Source: Rickettsiales bacterium (lineage in GTDB: Bacteria > Pseudomonadota > Alphaproteobacteria > Rickettsiales > JABIRX01). Taken from it: DNA of 64,000 bases. The translations under genes and the position numbers were made by a program. Positions 10,355 through 17,912 of the stretch are shown piece after piece; the first letter of the stretch is position 1; the number at the start of each line of letters is the position of its first letter. The stretch lies in NCBI GenBank assembly GCA_034111325.1, contig JAWUXM010000002.1, positions 13,228 through 77,227 of the forward strand. Reading direction: 5' to 3'. The notes under the pieces are model-generated. The model was not told where the DNA came from. It did not search any database and worked only from the letters and a program-made list of their open reading frames with translations.

Positions 10355-10726
10355 ATGATGAACAGGATAGATGGCGAGATTGGAGAAATGTTAGAGATGC
10401 AAGAAGAGGCGATTACTAACGTGGTTAGGAGAGTGCCTTATTTTGCGTATTCAGCTCTTATGAGTCGGATAGACGAATTTCAAGGTACTGTCAATGCGGC
10501 ATATTTAGCTATATCAGAACTACCTGAGCACTCCAAATGTAATAATGTTACTTTTGAGGTGCCAAAAGTAAATGTTTTAAACGATGATGATTATAGGGAA
10601 TATAAAATATTAAAATACTATTTTACGAAATTACAAGATGCTCCTTTTTCTAATGAGAAAATGGAGAAATTAAGTGTGATGATAAAAGAAGAGGCAAAAG
10701 ATATAAAAGTTATTTGGAACACATAG
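10355..10726 (+). CDS. Hypothetical acidic protein, no recognisable family
   Basis: 123-aa ORF. Last gene of the plus-strand cassette and followed by hairpins. Confidence 0.55.
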   Translation: MMNRIDGEIGEMLEMQEEAITNVVRRVPYFAYSALMSRIDEFQGTVNAAYLAISELPEHSKCNNVTFEVPKVNVLNDDDYREYKILKYYFTKLQDAPFSNEKMEKLSVMIKEEAKDIKVIWNT

Positions 10727-10763
10727 TTGCTGTATAAAGTCATGCACAAGAAACCGTGCCTTC

Positions 10764-10814
10764 CTGCATATAGCTTTATGCAGTGCGAACTACCGAGGAA
10801 TACTCGACAGTTCG
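10764..10814. terminator. Two hairpins between convergent genes (putative bidirectional terminator region)
   Basis: ctgcat/atgcag stem at 10764-10783. cgaact..cgag/ctcg..agttcg stem at 10786-10814. No clear U-tract. Confidence 0.35.
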
Positions 10815-10829
10815 TAAACCTCCGAACCT

Positions 10830-11237
10830 CTAAGCCCGAACAATCCGCAAATTAAATTCATCGGGTAAGATTTTTTCTTGTAGCCAATCAAGGGTTTTCT
10901 TTGAATTGAAAACCGCCAGCTCATTATTCAGATTGCCCCAACCATTGCCGAAAGCTATACAGCCGTTTAGCTCGCTAGGTCTGTTAGCTACATGGATTTC
11001 AATATTATCTCGATCATCAACTTTAAGCAGTTTCCAATATTGATATTTGCCCGTTTTATCAGCAATACATCTGTATAAACCCTCTGGAATACATGACATG
11101 CCACGTTGATTATTAAACCAAGGGCACTCTATAGAGTATCCAAGACAGCCACCGTTTTCATCATGAACAGTGCCAACCGTGCCTTTATCAGCATTGATAA
11201 ACCTCTTTATTGTAAGAGTTTCAGTGTATTTGTGCAT
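10830..11237 (-). CDS. DUF5675-like protein with a YkuD-like His...Gly-Cys motif; endolysin candidate
   Basis: 135 aa with KGTVGTV...SCIPEGLY...IEIHVANRPSELNGCIAFG. Last gene of the late operon, next to small membrane proteins. Confidence 0.5.
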   Translation of the reverse strand: MHKYTETLTIKRFINADKGTVGTVHDENGGCLGYSIECPWFNNQRGMSCIPEGLYRCIADKTGKYQYWKLLKVDDRDNIEIHVANRPSELNGCIAFGNGWGNLNNELAVFNSKKTLDWLQEKILPDEFNLRIVRA

Positions 11238-11239
11238 CT

Positions 11240-11497
11240 TTAGAAGTTCTTTCGATCTGAGTTCTCCGCTTTATCAATATTAATTGCCAAAGCATTGATA
11301 AGTGGAGCTAACTTTCCTAAATTTCTGTCCTTCACAGAACTTGAAAGTGCTGAGGCAGCTAGCCCAATTCCTGCAATAGCCGCAGAAATAGGATTAGTTG
11401 CGGCTGTGACTGCGGCAGTAGTCATGCCGAGCTTATAAAAGATTTTGAATAGTTTTTTACCAATTCTAATTATTCTTTGTTTTGTGCTAAAGTTCAT
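11240..11497 (-). CDS. Small membrane protein (holin candidate)
   Basis: 85 aa with an Ala/Gly-rich hydrophobic core (MTTAAVTAATNPISAAIAGIGLAASALS). Immediately upstream of the endolysin candidate. Confidence 0.4.
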   Translation of the reverse strand: MNFSTKQRIIRIGKKLFKIFYKLGMTTAAVTAATNPISAAIAGIGLAASALSSSVKDRNLGKLAPLINALAINIDKAENSDRKNF

Positions 11498-11694
11498 GTT
11501 AACTTATAAATAAATATGTGCTAAAACTCATTATGAAATAGTAAAGTTTATTTGCAAATGAAATGCTGGAATTTATATATGCCCGAACTGCCGTTATAGC
11601 ACATAATGGTTTCAGAATGAACGAGTCTGAAAAATTGATATCAGAAATAAACGCTGTAATGTTGGCGAGGCTTTATCTGCACAGATTAAAAAAG

Positions 11695-12048
11695 CTAGCA
11701 CTCCTTCTTGATAGTTAAATAAAGATCAAGTTTTTCTAATATTGAGCGTGTTTCTTTACTTATTTGCTCTTTCAAGTCTCTTTTTAGTTCTTTCAGTGCT
11801 TCTGAAGATGCATATGTTTCTTTTACTCTAGACAACGCCCTTTGCTGCTCTTTCAGCTCACCTTTTAATTCTTTGATATCTGCTGCTTTCTCTGCGATTG
11901 CTACGCTTGTAAGGAGAGCAGAGGCTTGAATTGATTTATTGATAGTGACAATCGAATTTCTGAACGTCCAGCTTATGACTGCAAAGAAAATGCCACTAAA
12001 AATAGTAATACAAACAGTAATGAGATCAATAGAAAATAGGGGTTCCAC
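11695..12048 (-). CDS. N-terminal TM plus coiled-coil protein (i-spanin-like architecture)
   Basis: 117 aa. TM segment LITVCITIFSGIFFAVISWTF, followed by heptad-like KELKGELKEQQRAL...LKELKRDLKEQ. Confidence 0.4.
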   Translation of the reverse strand: MEPLFSIDLITVCITIFSGIFFAVISWTFRNSIVTINKSIQASALLTSVAIAEKAADIKELKGELKEQQRALSRVKETYASSEALKELKRDLKEQISKETRSILEKLDLYLTIKKEC

Positions 12049-12050
12049 AT

Positions 12051-12488
12051 TTATCCCTTAGGCTTGACTGGCTTTTCTTCTTCAACCAATTCACATTCTG
12101 GCTCTTCATCTTCTATCAGAAAGCCAACATATAGCATGTGTTGCGGTGTGAAAATTATATCTTCTATTTCTGCAATGCTTATTTGCTGAATATTCAATTC
12201 GACTTCCTGAGCTACAAGTTCGCTATGCTCTTTGAAATACGCAAGAGTATCTTCTTTGGCTATGTCAAATCTTCCATCTTTATTTTCCTTGCCATATTTT
12301 TTTATCAGTGATTGGCGCAGAGGCGAATAAATATCATATTCGTTTTTTAAAGCTTTGATAATTTTGCTGATTTTAAACGCTGTTTTTGCGCCCATATCTT
12401 TTGCAGATAGCGCACCGATAGGGCTTAAATCAGGTCTATCTACTGGCTCAAGTGCGTTGACAACATCGCTTAATTTTATTTTTATCAT
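12051..12488 (-). CDS. Hypothetical phage protein (tail-fibre accessory by position)
   Basis: 145-aa ORF, tightly packed in the late operon. Confidence 0.5.
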   Translation of the reverse strand: MIKIKLSDVVNALEPVDRPDLSPIGALSAKDMGAKTAFKISKIIKALKNEYDIYSPLRQSLIKKYGKENKDGRFDIAKEDTLAYFKEHSELVAQEVELNIQQISIAEIEDIIFTPQHMLYVGFLIEDEEPECELVEEEKPVKPKG

Positions 12489-12548
12489 GTTTTTTTCTTA
12501 GTTGATTAACTTTATTAATTTATAAATGATCTGTGCCGAATTGTAAAA

Positions 12549-13103
12549 TTATTCATTTACAAATGCCCCGCTCGTGAAAATCATAAATACTTCAGTACCT
12601 TTATTTAAAATCCTATACCCTTCGGCAGGATTTACCAAGCCATCAATTGCCGCCGCATCAATTTCCGCTTGAGAAAATGAGGAAACGGCTGAAGTAAAAT
12701 CAATGCCAACCGTCGCTGAATAATCAGCAACTAACTTTTTACCGTTTACTACTTCAACAATTATCAGGTTGCCACCAACCCCATTGACTGATCCAACTCC
12801 ATCAAAAGTTTTTAATATTTCATAATCTTGAATTGCTAAAGATTTATTTAATTGATTCAGAACTGGATTTGCAAAAAATAAGTCAAAAAGAGAATGTCCT
12901 TCGTCAACATAACAATTCAAATCTTGTAGAATTTGCGGTTTTTTATCTTTATAAGCTGCAATATTAGCATAAAACCGCAATTTTGTTTCCATTCTCTCAC
13001 CTCTCTTTGATAAAAAAGGTTCAGATACGCAATATGCGTTATTGTAATAAATTGGCGCAGAATCTGGCGATCTGCTATCTGTAATTTGTACTACTATTCC
13101 CAT
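12549..13103 (-). CDS. Hypothetical phage protein downstream of the tail fibre
   Basis: 184-aa ORF in the late operon. Confidence 0.5.
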   Translation of the reverse strand: MGIVVQITDSRSPDSAPIYYNNAYCVSEPFLSKRGERMETKLRFYANIAAYKDKKPQILQDLNCYVDEGHSLFDLFFANPVLNQLNKSLAIQDYEILKTFDGVGSVNGVGGNLIIVEVVNGKKLVADYSATVGIDFTSAVSSFSQAEIDAAAIDGLVNPAEGYRILNKGTEVFMIFTSGAFVNE

Positions 13104-13144
13104 TGTTTTGTTTGTTAAATTGTTATTAAATTGTTAAAATTATT

Positions 13145-15424
13145 TTATCCCTCTATTGCTTCCCAGTGTACATCTAATAACTGACCCCAAGATGCACCGA
13201 GGGAATCAACACGATAAACATTTATTTTAAAGCCGCTTACTGTGGTTTCTTTTATAGTTGATGCAAAAACATTTTGGTATGTCGTCCCTGGTTGAGTTAC
13301 AACCTCTGCCCTAACCCGTGGAACGGTTGAAAATGTATTGGGGAAATTAATGGTATAGACATTCACGCCAGAACTGCCGCCTCCAATATCTGCTTTGCCG
13401 TGTTGAAATGAGGAAATCGTAACACCAGTTGAACCTATTTTTAAGCTAGATAATGTCCCAACTGTTGTTATACTGCTACTTCCAGCCCAACCGCTTAATG
13501 CTGTATTTTGAACATTATTTAAACCTAGCTCATACTTCACTTCCAAAGGGGTTCGGCTTTCAAGCCCTTGGGATGTGAATCTAGCATACTCACCATTGTT
13601 GATATTAGATGTCGCAACTTTTACTGCATTATTAATTCCAATTCCAAATGTTAAAATTGCTTGTTTTGCGTTTAATTGAGTCTGAATTGCACTTGATACC
13701 CCTCTTACGTAAGCTAGTTCTGTAACATTTGGATAAGTTGCGAGAGATAAAGATTGTAAAACTCCTGATCCGTTTGCAGCTACTAATTCATTAGGGGTTA
13801 ATGAAAACACTGATTGTTTGCTATCTAATTGAGTCTGAATTGCACTTGTTACACCTTTTACATGCGCTATCTGTGCTAATGATGGATAAGTTGCGAGAGA
13901 TAAAGATTGTAAAACTCCTGCTCCGTTTGCAGCTACTAATTCATTGGCGGTTAATGAAAATACTGATTGTTTGCCATCTAATTGCGCCTGAATTGCACTT
14001 GTTACACCTTTTACGTGCGCTATCTGTGCTAATGATGGATAAGTCAAAACTGGCAAAGATTGCAATATTCCTGCACCATCCGTTGCTACTAACTCATCGG
14101 CTGTTAATCCGCTAATTTCAACATCACCTTCAAAAGTAGATACTCCTGTATCACTCAACTTTAGAATTTCTCCGATATTGTAATTTCCAAAACTCATATA
14201 AGTTGGCATATTGCCAGCCGTAGGAGTGCCATCTACTCCAAATTCTATGTACGCACCATTTTCGTAATCAGTGCCATCGTAACCAGCAGCAACAACTCGA
14301 CCCAAAACATTACCTGTCGTCACATCGTTTGGTGCGGCTAGAGTTCCCTTAGCTCTTCCTAAATATAAGTTTGCGCCTTCTGCCGAAACATTAGAATATT
14401 GCCTAGCTTGCATTCCAATTCTAGTGCCTTCTTGGTGTGATGAAATGCCTGCGCTTAAAGCAACACCACCAACAATCATGTTACTATTATTAAAATCAGC
14501 ACCTATAACTAAGCCAAAAGTTGCGGTGTTAAAGCATAATTTATCATTGTCTTGTGTGTGTGTGCCGCCAACGCCGATAATTGGCAAAGAATATTGGGTT
14601 AATTCACCTGTTCCCGTTCCACCTTTGGCAGCACCGATTATATCGCCTATCCAAGTCCCGTATATGTAGCCAAGATTTGATATTCCTGTTGTTGTGAAAT
14701 TCTTTGATCCTAAATCAACATTACTAACTGCGCCTGTGTAGGGGATGAAGCTATCTAAAGAAATCGTTGCTAAATTCTTGCTAGCGTCTGTAACTACAAT
14801 TTGTGAAGCTGTTAGTCCTGAAAGATTTAATCCTGCAAAGTCTGGGACTGAACTAAGTCCAAGACCTAGTGTAGTTCTTAATGTTGCTCCACTTTCAACA
14901 ATCCAGTTAGAACCATTACCAACGATCATGTTTCCGTCAGTGAAAGCTAGGTCAGCAAGATCATCTAGTTGTGCATCCCAGCCCTGAACTTTTGAACCAA
15001 CTTCATCTTCGGTAAGTATGAGGTCAGCCATTTTCTCCATCATCGCAGCAGAGACAACCTTCGGCGGAATTGTGTAGCTATATATAGGTTGGTCAGTGTT
15101 GATCTTATACCATATCCGTACTGAATATGAAGAGTGCGGCGTACCGCTCAACGTAACGTTTGCACCAGACAATCCAGTAACATACACTTTGCTGCTAAAT
15201 ATTTGGGTGGCTCCTGTGTAAACATAGCTCAACAGATCGTCAGAACGAAAAATAGAAGCCCTGCCTCCGACTATATTAGCTACTGCGAAGGGAGCGTTGA
15301 GCCCATTCTCATTCGCAGTTAGCGTGACAGAATTACTAATGATAACGCCAGCCGCAAAATCTTGGTAAGCCCATTTTTCAGAAAGCACTTCTTCATCGCC
15401 AAAGGGTGTTTTAAAATCACTCAT
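13145..15424 (-). CDS. Tail fibre protein with three 51-aa tandem repeats and a lectin-like C-terminal domain
   Basis: 759 aa, Gly/Ser/Thr-rich. Contains 3 x (LT.NELVA.NG.GVLQSLSLATYPSLAQIAHVKGVTSAIQTQLD.KQSVF). Located after the T7 gp17-like fibre gene. Confidence 0.8.
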   Translation of the reverse strand: MSDFKTPFGDEEVLSEKWAYQDFAAGVIISNSVTLTANENGLNAPFAVANIVGGRASIFRSDDLLSYVYTGATQIFSSKVYVTGLSGANVTLSGTPHSSYSVRIWYKINTDQPIYSYTIPPKVVSAAMMEKMADLILTEDEVGSKVQGWDAQLDDLADLAFTDGNMIVGNGSNWIVESGATLRTTLGLGLSSVPDFAGLNLSGLTASQIVVTDASKNLATISLDSFIPYTGAVSNVDLGSKNFTTTGISNLGYIYGTWIGDIIGAAKGGTGTGELTQYSLPIIGVGGTHTQDNDKLCFNTATFGLVIGADFNNSNMIVGGVALSAGISSHQEGTRIGMQARQYSNVSAEGANLYLGRAKGTLAAPNDVTTGNVLGRVVAAGYDGTDYENGAYIEFGVDGTPTAGNMPTYMSFGNYNIGEILKLSDTGVSTFEGDVEISGLTADELVATDGAGILQSLPVLTYPSLAQIAHVKGVTSAIQAQLDGKQSVFSLTANELVAANGAGVLQSLSLATYPSLAQIAHVKGVTSAIQTQLDSKQSVFSLTPNELVAANGSGVLQSLSLATYPNVTELAYVRGVSSAIQTQLNAKQAILTFGIGINNAVKVATSNINNGEYARFTSQGLESRTPLEVKYELGLNNVQNTALSGWAGSSSITTVGTLSSLKIGSTGVTISSFQHGKADIGGGSSGVNVYTINFPNTFSTVPRVRAEVVTQPGTTYQNVFASTIKETTVSGFKINVYRVDSLGASWGQLLDVHWEAIEG
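13648..14106. repeat. In-frame 3 x 153-bp tandem repeat inside the tail fibre gene
   Basis: Units start at about 13648, 13801 and 13954. Units 2 and 3 are nearly identical over their first ~90 nt on the + strand (atgaaaaYactgattgtttgc...gatggataag) and diverge afterwards. Confidence 0.85.
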
Positions 15425-15741
15425 CGCAAATCTACTTTGAGCCTGTCAGAAAACCAAAGGCGACCAGTATCGGAAAAATCGTCGTCTGCATGCAAAGTTT
15501 TCGCTTGCAAGCTTAGATATGCGCCTGAGTTAGTTAGCCCAGAGAATTTGAGATATTGGGATGAGCCGTGTGACGAGCCAGCAGCCCCTGCTGAACTAAT
15601 GAGAAATGCTTTTACTGTCGTTGAAGCCGTGCCAACTATCGCCATGCGATAAATAATGTTTCCATCTATTGATGAAAATTCAGAGCTATTGCCCAACGCC
15701 GCCTCCATTATTTTAAGAGGGCTAGCCATTCCACAAACCAT
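15421..15741 (-). CDS. Hypothetical phage structural-module protein
   Basis: 106-aa ORF. Its stop overlaps the tail fibre start. The start is uncertain (M1 or M5). Confidence 0.45.
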   Translation of the reverse strand: MVCGMASPLKIMEAALGNSSEFSSIDGNIIYRMAIVGTASTTVKAFLISSAGAAGSSHGSSQYLKFSGLTNSGAYLSLQAKTLHADDDFSDTGRLWFSDRLKVDLR

Positions 15742-16123
15742 TAGCAGTTATGTCAAAAACTTTCAATTGCGCTGCTGTCTTGCTATCAAGGGAAGCCTCA
15801 ATATCATCAGATTTATCACGAATCGCATTGATAATATTATTCATTGTCGTGATATTTGCTGATATTTGCGACATGTTGACATTAGACTGGTCATCACCAT
15901 TATATTGCAAATGAATCCGCCTTTTTGATTCAGCTTTGATTTTTGGTATCAACTCTGCAATCCATGCTGCTTTTGTTTTAGCAGTTAATGAGTTACCCAC
16001 CTTGGTAAGCCATTCTTGGACTTCATCATAGCCTTTCGCCGATGGGTCTTTCGAAACAAAAAATGAGCCGTCATTAACTCTGTAAACGTTTCCTAAATCT
16101 TCAACTTTTGTCATGTAGTACAT
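15722..16123 (-). CDS. Hypothetical phage structural-module protein
   Basis: 133-aa ORF between the two fibre genes. Confidence 0.5.
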   Translation of the reverse strand: MYYMTKVEDLGNVYRVNDGSFFVSKDPSAKGYDEVQEWLTKVGNSLTAKTKAAWIAELIPKIKAESKRRIHLQYNGDDQSNVNMSQISANITTMNNIINAIRDKSDDIEASLDSKTAAQLKVFDITANGLWNG

Positions 16124-16130
16124 AATTTAC

Positions 16131-17858
16131 CTATAATCTTGAATTTGCATAGACATATCCTCCTGAGATATTGTCAACCAATCCTGCTGAATTTGCTGTT
16201 ACTCCTGAAATTGTCAAAGAAAGAACAAAGCCCTGAACCCCTATAGGAGCAAAACTAATAGCCGAGGCGACATAGTTATTCGTTGCGTTACTAAATCGAA
16301 AACCAGAAACTGCATCTCCCGACATAGCGGGAGCTATACGCATAGGCATTTCGAACCTATAAGCAGCCGCCGCTGTTATAGTACTCTGCGCTGAAGCTTG
16401 CATTCCATTTGCAATAATTTTTCTGTAAAAATATAAACAATTCTTTATTTCCTCGGCATAACCCCGAACCCTATACGGCAAATCTAAAGCCCCCTCGATT
16501 ACATGACCGCCGCAAAATAAGAAATTATTGGCTATATTGTCAGAGGCATTAACTTGATTTGCTGTTGAGTGAAAATTACCTGTTTGCCACGCATCCGCCG
16601 TGGTGTGAAAAGTGCTACCAGACCCAAGAGATAAAGTAATGCTCAAACCAACACCTGTTGTATAATTCCAAGATCCCGCACTTGGAGAAGCTATAAATAA
16701 TATTGTCTTATATTCCCATGTATCAGATACATTAATTGTATATTCCCCGATATAACTACGGTCTGATCCTGAGTTTCTAGCAGAAGCACAATGAATCCCT
16801 GTTTTTGTACCCTTTACCCAAACTCCATAAAAAAAGGCTTTTTCAGAAAGGGGTTTAAAATCGTAACCCTCAATGTGAGTGGTTATATTGGTAAAGTCCC
16901 CAGCGCCAAGCACCGCATCTGCGGTGGTGCAATCTAATTTAATAGAGTAAGGGATGTTCCGTCCCGCTTGTGCGAAAGTAGGCACATCCGTTTCTATAGA
17001 GCCTGTATGTACCATCGTGCCTGTTTTTGTATATACATAGCCGTCTGCAATATATGTAGATGTAGCCATTGCTGCAAAGCTAGCGCCATCTTGCTGCACT
17101 AAAAAATCAGGATTTAAAAGTATGTTTTCAGGTAGTATTTTTGAACTCTTTAAGAAGTTCTCGTAAGTTATTTTTCTGGTTAAATCTGAGTCTGAATTGT
17201 CCGCTATGGCTAACTGGTCAACACCTTGCAAGGTAGTAATTGCTGTTAATGCGTTAAGGAGTTGCTCTGCGTCTAACGTGCTTCTCGCACTTGCTGCATC
17301 GACATCATCTAATACCGTCTTCATGAAAGCTGTGACACTCGCAACGATAGATGAGCTTAACCCTGTTAGATTTTTTGTCTTGCCTGTTATGCCATCCCAG
17401 CCGATAGCATATCCATCAACAGGGTCTTCGCCAAATTCTGCGCCACTAAGTCCCGAGCTTTCTTTAAAAAGAGCGGCACGATCTACCCTGCCTTTTAGCT
17501 CCTTGATGTGCATCATTAGAGTATCGAAAGCATCCTCATGCGTCTCGGGGGCAAACTTTCCTTGATTTCTCAAATCTGTACTTTGCAGATAATCCATCTT
17601 TGGAGAAATAGCAATTGAGTCGGTGGAAGCAAGCGGGTCTCCTGAAACTGGATAGGTTATACTACCAGAGCCTTCTATATTGTGGTTGGTCACGGTGTAG
17701 TCAGTATTAAGGACTTTCACAACCTCAACACCTAGAGCATCTCGCACCACAACTCGAATTTGACTTGTAGTATTTACCTTAAATGGAAACGAAAAAGAAG
17801 TAGCGACATCGTTTCCGCTATGTATAATTCCTCCATTTGTTGAGTCCTGTATCGTCAT
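16131..17858 (-). CDS. Tail fibre/spike with a T7 gp17-like N-terminal adaptor domain
   Basis: 575 aa. N-terminus GNDVATSFSFPFKVNTTSQIRVVVRD...VKVLNTDYTV...HEDAFDTLMMHIKEL matches the pattern of the T7 gp17 N-terminal domain. Sits directly after the internal-protein genes. Confidence 0.7.
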   Translation of the reverse strand: MTIQDSTNGGIIHSGNDVATSFSFPFKVNTTSQIRVVVRDALGVEVVKVLNTDYTVTNHNIEGSGSITYPVSGDPLASTDSIAISPKMDYLQSTDLRNQGKFAPETHEDAFDTLMMHIKELKGRVDRAALFKESSGLSGAEFGEDPVDGYAIGWDGITGKTKNLTGLSSSIVASVTAFMKTVLDDVDAASARSTLDAEQLLNALTAITTLQGVDQLAIADNSDSDLTRKITYENFLKSSKILPENILLNPDFLVQQDGASFAAMATSTYIADGYVYTKTGTMVHTGSIETDVPTFAQAGRNIPYSIKLDCTTADAVLGAGDFTNITTHIEGYDFKPLSEKAFFYGVWVKGTKTGIHCASARNSGSDRSYIGEYTINVSDTWEYKTILFIASPSAGSWNYTTGVGLSITLSLGSGSTFHTTADAWQTGNFHSTANQVNASDNIANNFLFCGGHVIEGALDLPYRVRGYAEEIKNCLYFYRKIIANGMQASAQSTITAAAAYRFEMPMRIAPAMSGDAVSGFRFSNATNNYVASAISFAPIGVQGFVLSLTISGVTANSAGLVDNISGGYVYANSRL

Positions 17859-17866
17859 GCCTTTAT

Positions 17867-17907
17867 TTATTAATGTGCAAAGTTTTACAGTATTTGCATA
17901 TTAATAA
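17867..17907 (-). other. 15-bp imperfect inverted repeat (1 mismatch, 11-nt loop) between the giant gene and the fibre gene
   Basis: ttattaatgtgcaaa (17867-17881) against tttgcatattaataa (17893-17907). Confidence 0.4.
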
Positions 17908-17912
17908 AAATT

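Noticed and set aside
11498-11694. Search for an o-spanin lipoprotein or other small gene in the gap within the lysis region
   Set aside because: Only 10-33-codon ORFs without a lipobox or SD were found on either strand.
13648-14106. Regularly spaced ~153-bp repeats that could be mistaken for a repeat array or CRISPR
   Set aside because: The period is far too long, there is no repeat/spacer alternation, and the units are in frame inside a 759-aa tail fibre ORF. These are protein-coding tandem repeats.
13145-17858. Possible diversity-generating retroelement, because the head module looks BPP-1-like
   Set aside because: There is no reverse-transcriptase-like ORF anywhere in the element. I also found no template/variable repeat pair with adenine-specific differences near the fibre gene 3' ends.
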